Under the pieces are notes generated by a model. The model did no database searches. It was not told the DNA's origin and worked only from the letters and a program-made list of their open reading frames with translations. Shown here one piece after another: positions 19,552 through 28,800 of a DNA stretch of 33,787 nt (its first letter is position 1; each line of letters opens with the position of its first letter). The stretch spans positions 1 through 33,787 of the forward strand of contig JBMYOQ010000048.1 in NCBI GenBank assembly GCA_049599475.1. The letters run 5' to 3'. Source of the stretch: Opitutales bacterium. GTDB lineage: Bacteria > Verrucomicrobiota > Verrucomicrobiia > Opitutales > JABSRG01. A program made the translations under genes and the position numbers.

Positions 19552-20283
19552 ATGATCAAGCCTCTACTTATTTCCTCAGCACTCATCGCAGCAAGCTCGG
19601 CATCTGCTGATTTCTCATTAGATTTCGCCGACTTTAGTGACAACGTGTGGACGAGTTTCTCAACCACCGTTGGCACCGACAGCAACGACGGCCTCACCCC
19701 TATAATTGTATCCGAAACTGCGTCTCCACTCGATCCAGAAGGAAGCACATCTCTCAATCGAGAAACAGATATTAGCGGCGACTTCACCCTCGCAAATGTA
19801 GGAACCTTCAGCATCACCACAGAAGCCTTCTCGGATATTGGAGTTGTGGATACATTCAATGTGCGCAACAATGGATTAGGCGTCGGCAGCAACAACAAAC
19901 TCGACGGTAGCGAGTTGATAACGTTTACCTTCGATACAGAGAATCTAGGAGGTAACCTCTTGCTCACATCAGCATTTTTCTCAGATGTCGGTGCGACAGA
20001 AGAGGGCTCTCTACTCATGAGTAGTTCAGTAACTGGAGAGACCAGCCCATTTCCTACGATAGCGCGAGTCGTGGAAGGCGAAAATCTTCAAACCATCTCG
20101 GCAACTGGAGGATCCGTCCTCATCAACGATGGAGATATCCTAACTTTTAGCGTGAGCAACGGAAACGGTATGCGCATCGACAACCTCACTTTCGATGTAG
20201 TGGCTGTTCCAGAACCTTCTGAATTTGCGCTCTTCGCCAGCCTCATCGCCGTAGGTGCAATAGCTTACCGCCGCCGCAAGTAA
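19552..20283 (+). CDS. PEP-CTERM exosortase-target surface protein
   Basis: Signal peptide MIKPLLISSALIAASSASA; C-terminal VPEPSEFALFASLIAVGAIAYRRRK. Confidence 0.92.
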   Translation: MIKPLLISSALIAASSASADFSLDFADFSDNVWTSFSTTVGTDSNDGLTPIIVSETASPLDPEGSTSLNRETDISGDFTLANVGTFSITTEAFSDIGVVDTFNVRNNGLGVGSNNKLDGSELITFTFDTENLGGNLLLTSAFFSDVGATEEGSLLMSSSVTGETSPFPTIARVVEGENLQTISATGGSVLINDGDILTFSVSNGNGMRIDNLTFDVVAVPEPSEFALFASLIAVGAIAYRRRK

Positions 20284-20354
20284 TTTTTTTCAAGATTTAA
20301 GATCGTGTAGAGCGATCTTTTATGGTGATTGGTGATTATGGTGATGATCACCGA

Positions 20355-20390
20355 ACGGGCCGTTCCTTCGGGAGCGGCCCGTAGTTTTTT
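20355..20390 (+). terminator. Rho-independent terminator
   Basis: ACGGGCCGTTCC-TTCG-GGAGCGGCCCGT stem with a cUUCGg tetraloop, followed by AGTTTTTT. Confidence 0.88.
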
Positions 20391-20523
20391 AGCAATGGAG
20401 AGCATGCAGTTCAGCAGTAGACTCTCGCGTCCAGATAGATCATAAAAATTGCCGTGACTTCATGTATTATCTGGGGTTTATCCGTATTCGAATTCTTGTT
20501 TCATCCCCCCACACACCACAACA

Positions 20524-22761
20524 ATGATTCTTAAAAATCTTAGAATTTCCATTATTCTACTCTCTGCATTGGCTCAATATACAATCGCTTCAGGAAATGA
20601 GGCGAACAAACCGGCGGCACTAACGAAGGCATTATTAGGCAGCCTAGAAGACATGACCTATGTCGAGGCCCCAGAGAAACTCGCTCCGGGCATCTGGAAG
20701 GTGACGATCGGCGACCTAAGCCAGGAGCTGCGCTACACCGACCATGCCGCCGCACTCCCACGCATAGATGCCTTAAACGAGAAGGTGGAAGCTCCCTTTC
20801 CCTTCGCGGATAATCCGATTTCATTTTACCAGTCACCGGACAAGCGTATCAGTGTGCGTATACCCGCGGCCTCGGATGAGGCGATTTATGGCTTTGGCTT
20901 ACAACTGGATGGAATCAAAAAAACCAAAAAGGTTTTAGATCTCAAAATAGATCACTGGGGACGAGGGAGCGGCAAGACCCATGCACCCGTGCCCTTCTAT
21001 ATTTCTTCGAAAGGATACGGAGTCTTCTTCAATACCGCGCGTTACGTGAAGGCACATGTGCTCGTCGGCAACCGCAAAGATTCTCCAAACCTCCCGCCAG
21101 CCGTTGACCGCAATCCGGTCGACAGAGAAAATGCTCCCAGATGGTCTCCTTTGCCGAACAGCGATGCCGTGGAAGCCCATATGGTCGGCAATGGTTTAGA
21201 GGTCATAATATTCGCCGGAGACAGCCTCCTAGATATCGTCTCCCGGTATAACTTGTATAACGGTGGCGGTGCTATGCCGCCTCTCTGGGGCCTGGGCTTC
21301 TGGTACCGTCCCCTAGCGAGCTACAACCAGGCTGAGACCGAGGCAGATATCAAAACCTTTGCTGAAGAGAAATTTCCAATCGACGTCCTTGGACTCGAAC
21401 CGGGCTGGATGACTAAATCGTATCCATGTACCTTTGAATGGCAAACACTCCGTTTCCCAGATCCAGAAGCGTTTTCGAAAGGGCTGCTGGATCAGGGAAT
21501 ACGCTTAAACCTTTGGGTGAACCCATACATTTCACCCGAGGCGCAGTTGTATGAACCGATGTATCCATTATCTGGATCGCACACCGTTTGGTTGGGAATC
21601 GTTCCCGACTACACCCTTCCAGAAGCCCGACAGCTATTGGCAGACCAACACCAACGCGAGCACGTGGATATTGGCGTAAGTGGCTATAAAATCGATGAAG
21701 TCGATGGATACGATCACTGGCTATGGCCCGACCATGCGACATTCCCTTCAGGTGTTCCCGCTGAAGCGATGCGCCAGTCCTATGGATTGCTCCTGCAGAA
21801 CGCGACTTACAATGATTTGTTCAAGAAACATAATACACGCACCTATGGTTTAGTCCGTGCAAGTAATGGCGGCGCATCCGGATACCCATACGTGATCTAC
21901 AGCGATTCGTATAACCACGAGCAATACATCACGGCACTTTCAGCGGCGAGCCTCTCGGGTCTTCTGTGGACTCCGGAAGTGCGCCAAGGTCGCAATGACC
22001 GTGATTGGTTAAACCGCTTCCAGACCGTTTGTTTTTCGCCACTCGCGATGTTGAATTCCTGGAATTCCGGGAGAAAGCCCTGGGGGCGTGAGGCAGTAAA
22101 CGACGATGTCCGTGCAGTCATGGATCTCCGTATGCGCCTGCTACCCTACCTCTACACCGCCTTTTCAGAGTATAACCGTAAGGGAATCCCCCCGATCCGC
22201 GCGATGATACTTGAAGACGGGTTTAGCGAAAAGCCCATCGTTACGAAAGAAGCCAAACTGGATGATGTGAAAAACCCTTACGCAGAAGTAAGGACCGTCC
22301 AGAAGACGGATCAATTTATGTTTGGCCCCTCAATCATGGTAGCCCCGTTCTATAATCAACACCACAGCGAGCGCACCATTCAGCTACCCAGAGGCGACTG
22401 GTATGACTTCCACACGGGAGCCTTCGTCGGAAACGACAAAACAATTACCGTAACCGCAGAGCAAATGGAAAACAGACTCCCTCTGTTCGTCAAAGATGGC
22501 GCCCTCATACCTATGCTCGCGGAGTCCGTCTTGAACACCCAAGACGCTTACGGGAAACCGCTCGAGGTACGTCACTACGGCAAGAAAAACGGCGCTTTCA
22601 TTTTGTATGAAGATGACGGTAAGACATTCGATTATGAAAAAGGGCGCTTCCGTCTACGCGAGTTGACGATGGCTTGTGGAACCGGAAGTGAGCAAGTAAT
22701 CAGCGAGAAGGGTCCAGCAATGTTTGGATCCGTCGTAAAATGGACGGCGATGTCGAAATAG
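20524..22761 (+). CDS. Glycoside hydrolase family 31 (secreted/periplasmic)
   Basis: YGFG, PVPFYISSKGYGVFFN, PPLWGLGFW, RFPDP, LWVNPYI, nucleophile region GYKIDE, LRMRLLPYLY, QFMFGPSIMVAP, LYEDDG; signal peptide. Confidence 0.9.
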   Translation: MILKNLRISIILLSALAQYTIASGNEANKPAALTKALLGSLEDMTYVEAPEKLAPGIWKVTIGDLSQELRYTDHAAALPRIDALNEKVEAPFPFADNPISFYQSPDKRISVRIPAASDEAIYGFGLQLDGIKKTKKVLDLKIDHWGRGSGKTHAPVPFYISSKGYGVFFNTARYVKAHVLVGNRKDSPNLPPAVDRNPVDRENAPRWSPLPNSDAVEAHMVGNGLEVIIFAGDSLLDIVSRYNLYNGGGAMPPLWGLGFWYRPLASYNQAETEADIKTFAEEKFPIDVLGLEPGWMTKSYPCTFEWQTLRFPDPEAFSKGLLDQGIRLNLWVNPYISPEAQLYEPMYPLSGSHTVWLGIVPDYTLPEARQLLADQHQREHVDIGVSGYKIDEVDGYDHWLWPDHATFPSGVPAEAMRQSYGLLLQNATYNDLFKKHNTRTYGLVRASNGGASGYPYVIYSDSYNHEQYITALSAASLSGLLWTPEVRQGRNDRDWLNRFQTVCFSPLAMLNSWNSGRKPWGREAVNDDVRAVMDLRMRLLPYLYTAFSEYNRKGIPPIRAMILEDGFSEKPIVTKEAKLDDVKNPYAEVRTVQKTDQFMFGPSIMVAPFYNQHHSERTIQLPRGDWYDFHTGAFVGNDKTITVTAEQMENRLPLFVKDGALIPMLAESVLNTQDAYGKPLEVRHYGKKNGAFILYEDDGKTFDYEKGRFRLRELTMACGTGSEQVISEKGPAMFGSVVKWTAMSK

Positions 22762-22783
22762 GTTTCCATTGCCTTGGCTCTAA

Positions 22784-23135
22784 TGACGCTGAGGACAGCG
22801 GAAATAGGCCTGTCGGAGATGGCGTCGCAATGGCGCTTCCGTTAGGATAGATTGGGACCAAAACCATGACGAAGGTAGGGCTATGTGTCCTCACGCAGCC
22901 GCCTCGGCTGCTTGGGATTTGGTTTAATCGATGCGGCTGCCTCGGAGATGCAGCCCTACCTTTTCATCTGTCCGCTTGTTCATGAAGTGCACTTTAATAT
23001 ACATTGTTGCTTTCTTCGACCTAGATACCGGACGATGTATTTATTATAGAATACTATCACCACAAATCTGGGAGTAACATCGCCCCAATGTCCGATTCCG
23101 TAGCCTCTGGTGACGCTGAGGACAGCGTCGCTCCC
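22784..23135. repeat. Cluster of REP-like elements including an inverted pair (22874-22902 / 22933-22960)
   Basis: AAGGTAGGGCT..GCAGCCGC faces GCGGCTGC..AGCCCTACCTT; exact 17-nt repeat TGACGCTGAGGACAGCG at 22784 and 23111; degenerate inverted partner at 23070-23092. Confidence 0.75.
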
Positions 23136-23188
23136 TTAAATTTACGATGACCCTGCTTTCAGGCAAGGCTGGTGCAAACTCGTCCAGA

Positions 23189-25084
23189 CTATTGCGCTTT
23201 TGTGAGGGTCATGTGCTTGATAGATAAATTCCAGCCCTTCTGTCTCGGCGCTCTGACAATGGCTATCTCGTTACGACCTTTCTCTAGGGTAACAGTTCCG
23301 ATTTCATGGGGCTGAAAATTTTTCCAATCATCCTTCCCTGCTCCGGCGGGAGTCGTTTGAGTCGTAAAATAGAGTATGGGCTCACCGTTGATATGGACCT
23401 CGTTCTTTTTGTCTCTGGCCAAATTGCGGTGTGCGGAGGCGAAGATCTCGAGCACATATTCTCCGGATTCCGGAACATCGAAGACCCACGTTGGCGCATC
23501 GTTGCCTAGAAATTTATGAACTGCACCAATTTCGCGGTCGTAGTAGATCATAGTCTTATTGCCGGTTTTTGCGTGAAAGTCCTTACCATCAAGAAAGATC
23601 TGCTTTTTCGCCAGGTCGTATGTATGCTTAATGGTATCTAATTCTACCTCACCCTCCAGCACCACCTTGATCACCGGAATGCCCGCTTCGATCGGTGAGC
23701 TTTTAGGCACTTCGAGGGTTACGACGGTATTCCCGCGACTATCTACAGAACGGCTATGCTTAAATTTGGCCTTATCTGCCAGAGCCAGAAATGAAACCTG
23801 CTTAATACGGTTTCTAATTAAGGGCAGTTTAATTTTTCCATCTTCAGGCCAATGCTTAACGAAGAGATACAGCGTATTTTCACGCTGGGTACACGTACCC
23901 CAATCGTGGGTAGTCATCGATTCTCCGCGATAGGGCGTGGCTTCGGTATCGAATATCGCCTCGCTATTGAGCTTCACCCATTTGCCTAGGTCGTGCAGGA
24001 TCTCGAGACTCTCTTCAGGGATCGAGCCATCGGATCTGGGCCCGATATTCAGCAGGTAATTGCCATTGTGGGCGATGACCTTCACCATGATTTCAGCGAG
24101 CTCTTCCCAGTTTTTCCAATCCTTATCTGCTGTCCCATATCCGTAAGTATGGTTAATCGAAGCCGGTGTTTCCCAGTAATAATCGGTAGGTACGCCTGCT
24201 GCCCCGTTATCCCCTGAAACAAGATAGTCTACAAACTGCTGCTTGCCGAGCCTCCCATTAACGAGCGTATTAGGCTGCGCCTCACGCATCATGTTGACGA
24301 TTTTCTCGGCCTGCTCGTCACTAAAAGGAACACGCGGGACATCGAACCATATAAGCCCGACCTCCCCATACTCAGTCATGAGCTCCTTGACCTGAGGGAA
24401 CATTTTTCGCTCAAAATATTCTTGGAATTTTTCACGATCGACTCCCAATGCGTGCTTATAGCTATGGGTGTTCCCACCGTCTTCCATCCAGTCAATACAG
24501 TGCGAGTAGTAGAAACACATTTTAATTTCCCAAGGCCCTGTAGTCTTTGTGGCATGACATGCCTCGGCCAGTTCGCGCAAGGGGTCTCTGCCTGACTCGC
24601 GTCCATAGGGAGTCGCGTCGGCGATATTGAAGGGGTCCGCCTTCGAATCATACATAGCAAACCCATCGTGATGCTTTGCTGTGATTACGATATATCGCTG
24701 GCCCGTCGCATAGCAAAGATCTATAATATCCTGTGCGTTAAAATCAGACCAATCGAAATCGTTGGCAATTTTCTTGTATTCCTCTCTTCGGATTTGGGCA
24801 TTCTTTTGAATTTGCTCTGCATATCCCCCAAAGACCTGAAGCATGCCATCTTTTTGAGCCTGTTTCCATGACTCGTAACTCCCACCCTCTTCAGACCACA
24901 TACCGGCGGGCTCAGCATAGATTCCCCAATGAATCATTAGTCCAAATTTAGCAGCCATATACCACTCCATGCGGGGGTCATTGATTGCTTCGTAAGGATC
25001 AGCGAAGATCGATTGGGTTATCAGACTTAATATTGAGAGCAGAGAACACGCTGCTCCCAGGACAGGCCGGTTGTATACTTTCAT
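23189..25084 (-). CDS. Alpha-L-fucosidase (GH29) with C-terminal CBM-like (CBM35/CBM6-type) domain
   Basis: AKFGLMIHWGIY, YAE, ITAKHHDGFAMYDS, FYYS..DW, LIWFD, NGR, GNYLLNIGP, WVKLNSEAIF; C-terminal WVFDVPESGEY..TVTLEKGRNEI; signal peptide. Confidence 0.93.
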   Translation of the reverse strand: MKVYNRPVLGAACSLLSILSLITQSIFADPYEAINDPRMEWYMAAKFGLMIHWGIYAEPAGMWSEEGGSYESWKQAQKDGMLQVFGGYAEQIQKNAQIRREEYKKIANDFDWSDFNAQDIIDLCYATGQRYIVITAKHHDGFAMYDSKADPFNIADATPYGRESGRDPLRELAEACHATKTTGPWEIKMCFYYSHCIDWMEDGGNTHSYKHALGVDREKFQEYFERKMFPQVKELMTEYGEVGLIWFDVPRVPFSDEQAEKIVNMMREAQPNTLVNGRLGKQQFVDYLVSGDNGAAGVPTDYYWETPASINHTYGYGTADKDWKNWEELAEIMVKVIAHNGNYLLNIGPRSDGSIPEESLEILHDLGKWVKLNSEAIFDTEATPYRGESMTTHDWGTCTQRENTLYLFVKHWPEDGKIKLPLIRNRIKQVSFLALADKAKFKHSRSVDSRGNTVVTLEVPKSSPIEAGIPVIKVVLEGEVELDTIKHTYDLAKKQIFLDGKDFHAKTGNKTMIYYDREIGAVHKFLGNDAPTWVFDVPESGEYVLEIFASAHRNLARDKKNEVHINGEPILYFTTQTTPAGAGKDDWKNFQPHEIGTVTLEKGRNEIAIVRAPRQKGWNLSIKHMTLTKAQ

Positions 25085-25135
25085 TTACTCGTAATTTTAA
25101 TAAAGACTCACGGTGCGCTACGAAGGCGTTTCATT

Positions 25136-25825
25136 TCAGGATTCGACACTATCAATGATAGGGATAATATTAATCCGACCCGGCCTACCTCCAGGCTTAC
25201 CTGTGATGATATAGATCATACGTCGGCCTTCATCATATTCGAGCCCTCCGGTAAACGATCGCCGCGGCTCCTGATTCTCAAGGAGGCTGTAGATCATGGC
25301 GCGCCGAGACCGGCCTTGTCCCGATGATGCATCGACATCAAAATACGTATTGGAGCTCACGACACCACTGGCGTCTCCGACTCTTAAAGCTAAGTCAAAG
25401 GGCGCCATATTCACGAAGCGATACATTCCCGGTTTAAAATCATCAATATTGCTCGGAGTGGGTAGAATCTTCAGCTGAGAACCGTTCTTTGCGAACAAGA
25501 GCAAATAGTTCCCCGAGGACGGAAAAGTCACAGTCGCGAGTGGAGGCAGTTCCTCAATCTTAACGTCTGACTCTTGAGTATTGCCGTGTGCATAGAAAGG
25601 CATGGTTCGCGGCCCCCGATATTTTACCGGATTAGTCCTCAAGCCATGCACGATATGTATCGTCTCGAGTTGAGAACTATTGATATAATCGAGCTTCCCA
25701 ATCGGCCCTGCAAGGGACACTGCAGTGAAGGTGACTTCAACACGGTCCGAAGAAGATTGCGCTTGAGAGGTAAGACAGGGAGCCACTACCAGGAGCAGCA
25801 ACGAGAGCGAAAATAATCGATTCAT
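25136..25825 (-). CDS. Secreted hypothetical protein, partner of the Verru_Chthon A-like gene
   Basis: Signal peptide; beta-rich sequence (YLLLF, YRFVNM); starts 6 nt after the upstream stop. Confidence 0.75.
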   Translation of the reverse strand: MNRLFSLSLLLLVVAPCLTSQAQSSSDRVEVTFTAVSLAGPIGKLDYINSSQLETIHIVHGLRTNPVKYRGPRTMPFYAHGNTQESDVKIEELPPLATVTFPSSGNYLLLFAKNGSQLKILPTPSNIDDFKPGMYRFVNMAPFDLALRVGDASGVVSSNTYFDVDASSGQGRSRRAMIYSLLENQEPRRSFTGGLEYDEGRRMIYIITGKPGGRPGRINIIPIIDSVES

Positions 25826-25831
25826 ATTATC

Positions 25832-28800
25832 CTATACTTCGTTTTCGGAGAGCCAGCGGAAGTCGACGACAATGAAATCCCGCCCCATTCTTTTGAGTGC
25901 GCCGGAAGTATCACGATCCGACCAATAGTCTAGATCGTCTGGACCTCGAGCCCCGGCCTTATCCGCGGCTTCGGGGAGGCGCTGAACAATGGCCTCACAC
26001 CATGCCTTCTTAGTATTCTCTGAGTCGATACTTTCTCCAAAGGCTCGGATTCGGAATGTATCTCCGCGGACGGTAAGGAAGGAACCCAGGGCCTGAAGGA
26101 TGTCCGCCTGCAGCAAATACGTGGGTGCCGTCATAGAGCTGCTCGCGGTGCCTCCATCAGCATCCAAAAGATTGTCAGCAGCTTTGAATGCGAACCCCCG
26201 AGCTGTCTGGTTATCCACAATGCTACTGTCCAAACTATAAATCGCATCTTCGAAATCTCCATTAATTTCAACAGTAGCATCAATGGCAGCCTGAATGACT
26301 CCAGATAGACCATATGGATCATTGGAAATCCGTCGGTTGACAAACTCTGAGAGCGTCAGGAACGGAGTCACGGCCCCTCCACTTGATGGGTTGTTCGCCC
26401 TGGCCTTGATTTCAGCAACGATATTCGTAGCAAGCGCTCGTATTTGGTTCTGAGTAAGTGCCCTAAACCCTGTCCAAGCCAACGGATCGATGATTGATTC
26501 ATTCGGTAGCTTCGAGGCATTGGGCTGAGACACACGTAGAAATGGAACTTCGCCCCCCGTAGTCGTATCCGGAGAACTCGCGCCGGATTGGTATACGTCC
26601 ATATCTCGAGCGCCCGACAAGACAGCCACCCAAGCATCCACAGAGATCGAGTTTACATTGAAGGCCCCTTCGACCATTAAGTTCTCTGCCGCTCGATGAA
26701 ACCCAGCGTCTTTGATATTTCCTGGAGAGCTCGAAGGCTTGGAATCACCCGACCCATCGAAGAGCTTAATTTTTGCGTCCATTACGTCCTCACCCTCCGC
26801 GAGATTCAGTCGCATACGAGGATTGGGTAGAGGTACAGCAGATCCCCCTGATGCGAAAAACGCGGCATCAAATGTATCCTCAACCGAATCATTTACGGGA
26901 TCATAATCGTCTCCCTGAGCGTCATAGGGGATTGAATACGAAGAAAAGAAGTATTCATCCCAAAGAGCATCGTTCATCAGATAGGAAATATCATAAAAGA
27001 TGCGGTCGCGATCATGACGATTTCGGTTCACCTCATAGACACGATTTCTCTGGATAAACGGAGAGGCGAACGAGTTCCCTACAGCGAGTGCAGGCATATG
27101 GTCGTAGAGCGTAATGTTTGCATGCTGCAATTTTCCGATGGATAGGACTGGAGACGTCGGCAGCTCAATGAAAACTGCATTTTCGATGCTTCCATCGTTA
27201 ATATCCGTACGACCCGAATCATCAGCCCATGGGCGATGATCGGTGCCACCGCCATTTCCAAAGCCGGCACCATAGGTCAATTCCCATCCTGGAGAAAATC
27301 CAGGATAGCCATTTAGGTTGTTGGAAGCACGCGTCTCATCTGGGTAGAAAATATTTTTGTTATCCTTTATCGGTGCCAATGGATTAGATAGCACGAAGGC
27401 TGGATAGGGCGTTTCTATTTCAGCGAAGTTGTCACCGCCCGGTGCAATCATCCCTGGAGGGCGTAGTTGAAAATCAAAAGTCAACAACCCAAATGATCGC
27501 GAATTCGTCATGTGGTCGCTGATAGTCAAATTCTTCGAAACACTCCATGGGTAATCCGATGTACCAAAAATCGAACTACCTAACATACTCCCTGGTTGAG
27601 GCGCGCGATAACTCGCAGCGAGCAGATCGTCTCCACTGGCACTATTGTAAGCGGGCCCTGGAAATAGGCTAATCGAGTTCAAAGCATACGCCATTGGCCA
27701 ATGGTCGGTGAGCTCCTGCCCTGCGGCCGGTGAATTATTGCTCGCCATGTGCAGCGAAGTTTGAATACGCGTGGTGGCATGGAGTGGACGTGAGCCAGCA
27801 GTCGCATTAGAGGCAAGCCACTTGTTATCGGCAGAGGGCCTTCCAGCCATTGTCACTTGTCCCAATAAAGGCGGCACGAAGAGGGCACTCGTTCCCGCAG
27901 ATGCGAAATAAAAATTCCTCCAGGTAGCGGTGGAAAAATCATTCAATATCAAGCTCCCAGACTGTGAAGTATCCTGGATATTCTGCCCCTCCCGCATCAC
28001 GACTGCTCCGGGACTCATCATTCCATCCCCAGTATAGACATGAGAGAAGAAGCCTCGATTTCCGCCCACATTCACATCGAGCATATCTGTTTCCGTCACT
28101 TCAATTTCTGTAGGAGTGTCTTCATTCGTGGGTTGGCCCTGATTGTCTAATACTCTTTCTGTACTTACCGTTCTTGTATCGTAGCGTTTGATAGGAGTGG
28201 TCGTCCCCAGCTCATAGAGATCCAAGGCCATGGTAGGTCCGGCAAACTCCGACCCAATATTGTTATGGCGAATATTTACGTTGTAGGGATTGTGAAAGAC
28301 GTAGGCAGACCGAGCCTTTGCATTGAGCGAATGGGTATTCGGCAGCATACCCGCTCCAGTGTAGTTTATCGGATTACCGTTCGCATTGTTCACATCCATA
28401 GGATCTGCAGTAAAACGGAACCCTATCTCTGCGACGGCTCGCCTCACATAGGGCATGTAATTACCTTTAACAAAAGTGGGTAATCTGAAATCCGATACAG
28501 ACACCCCCACCCCATTACCATTTTCCAAGCGAGAGCGCAGGGGATCCCCCGCCTGCCCCTTGAGTAGAGGTGAATCCGTATATTTTAAACCATAGGTAGT
28601 GACTGCTTCCGGCACGAGGTCCTGGGCGAGAAGAAAGCCATCGGTGCCAATATCTCGCTGAACCCCTCCACCCCTAAAAACGAAAGAGGGCCCACCGCTT
28701 TGAAGAAAAGCCGGTTGAAAACTACCGTCTCTATTAGGATCATCACCATCGCCACTCGTAGTATGGTTGGAGTAGTCGTAGCCTGCCGTATCGTGATTCC

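Noticed and set aside
20524..22761. Sulfoquinovosidase call for the GH31
   Set aside because: It lacks the WMADFGE-type nucleophile motif of that subfamily.
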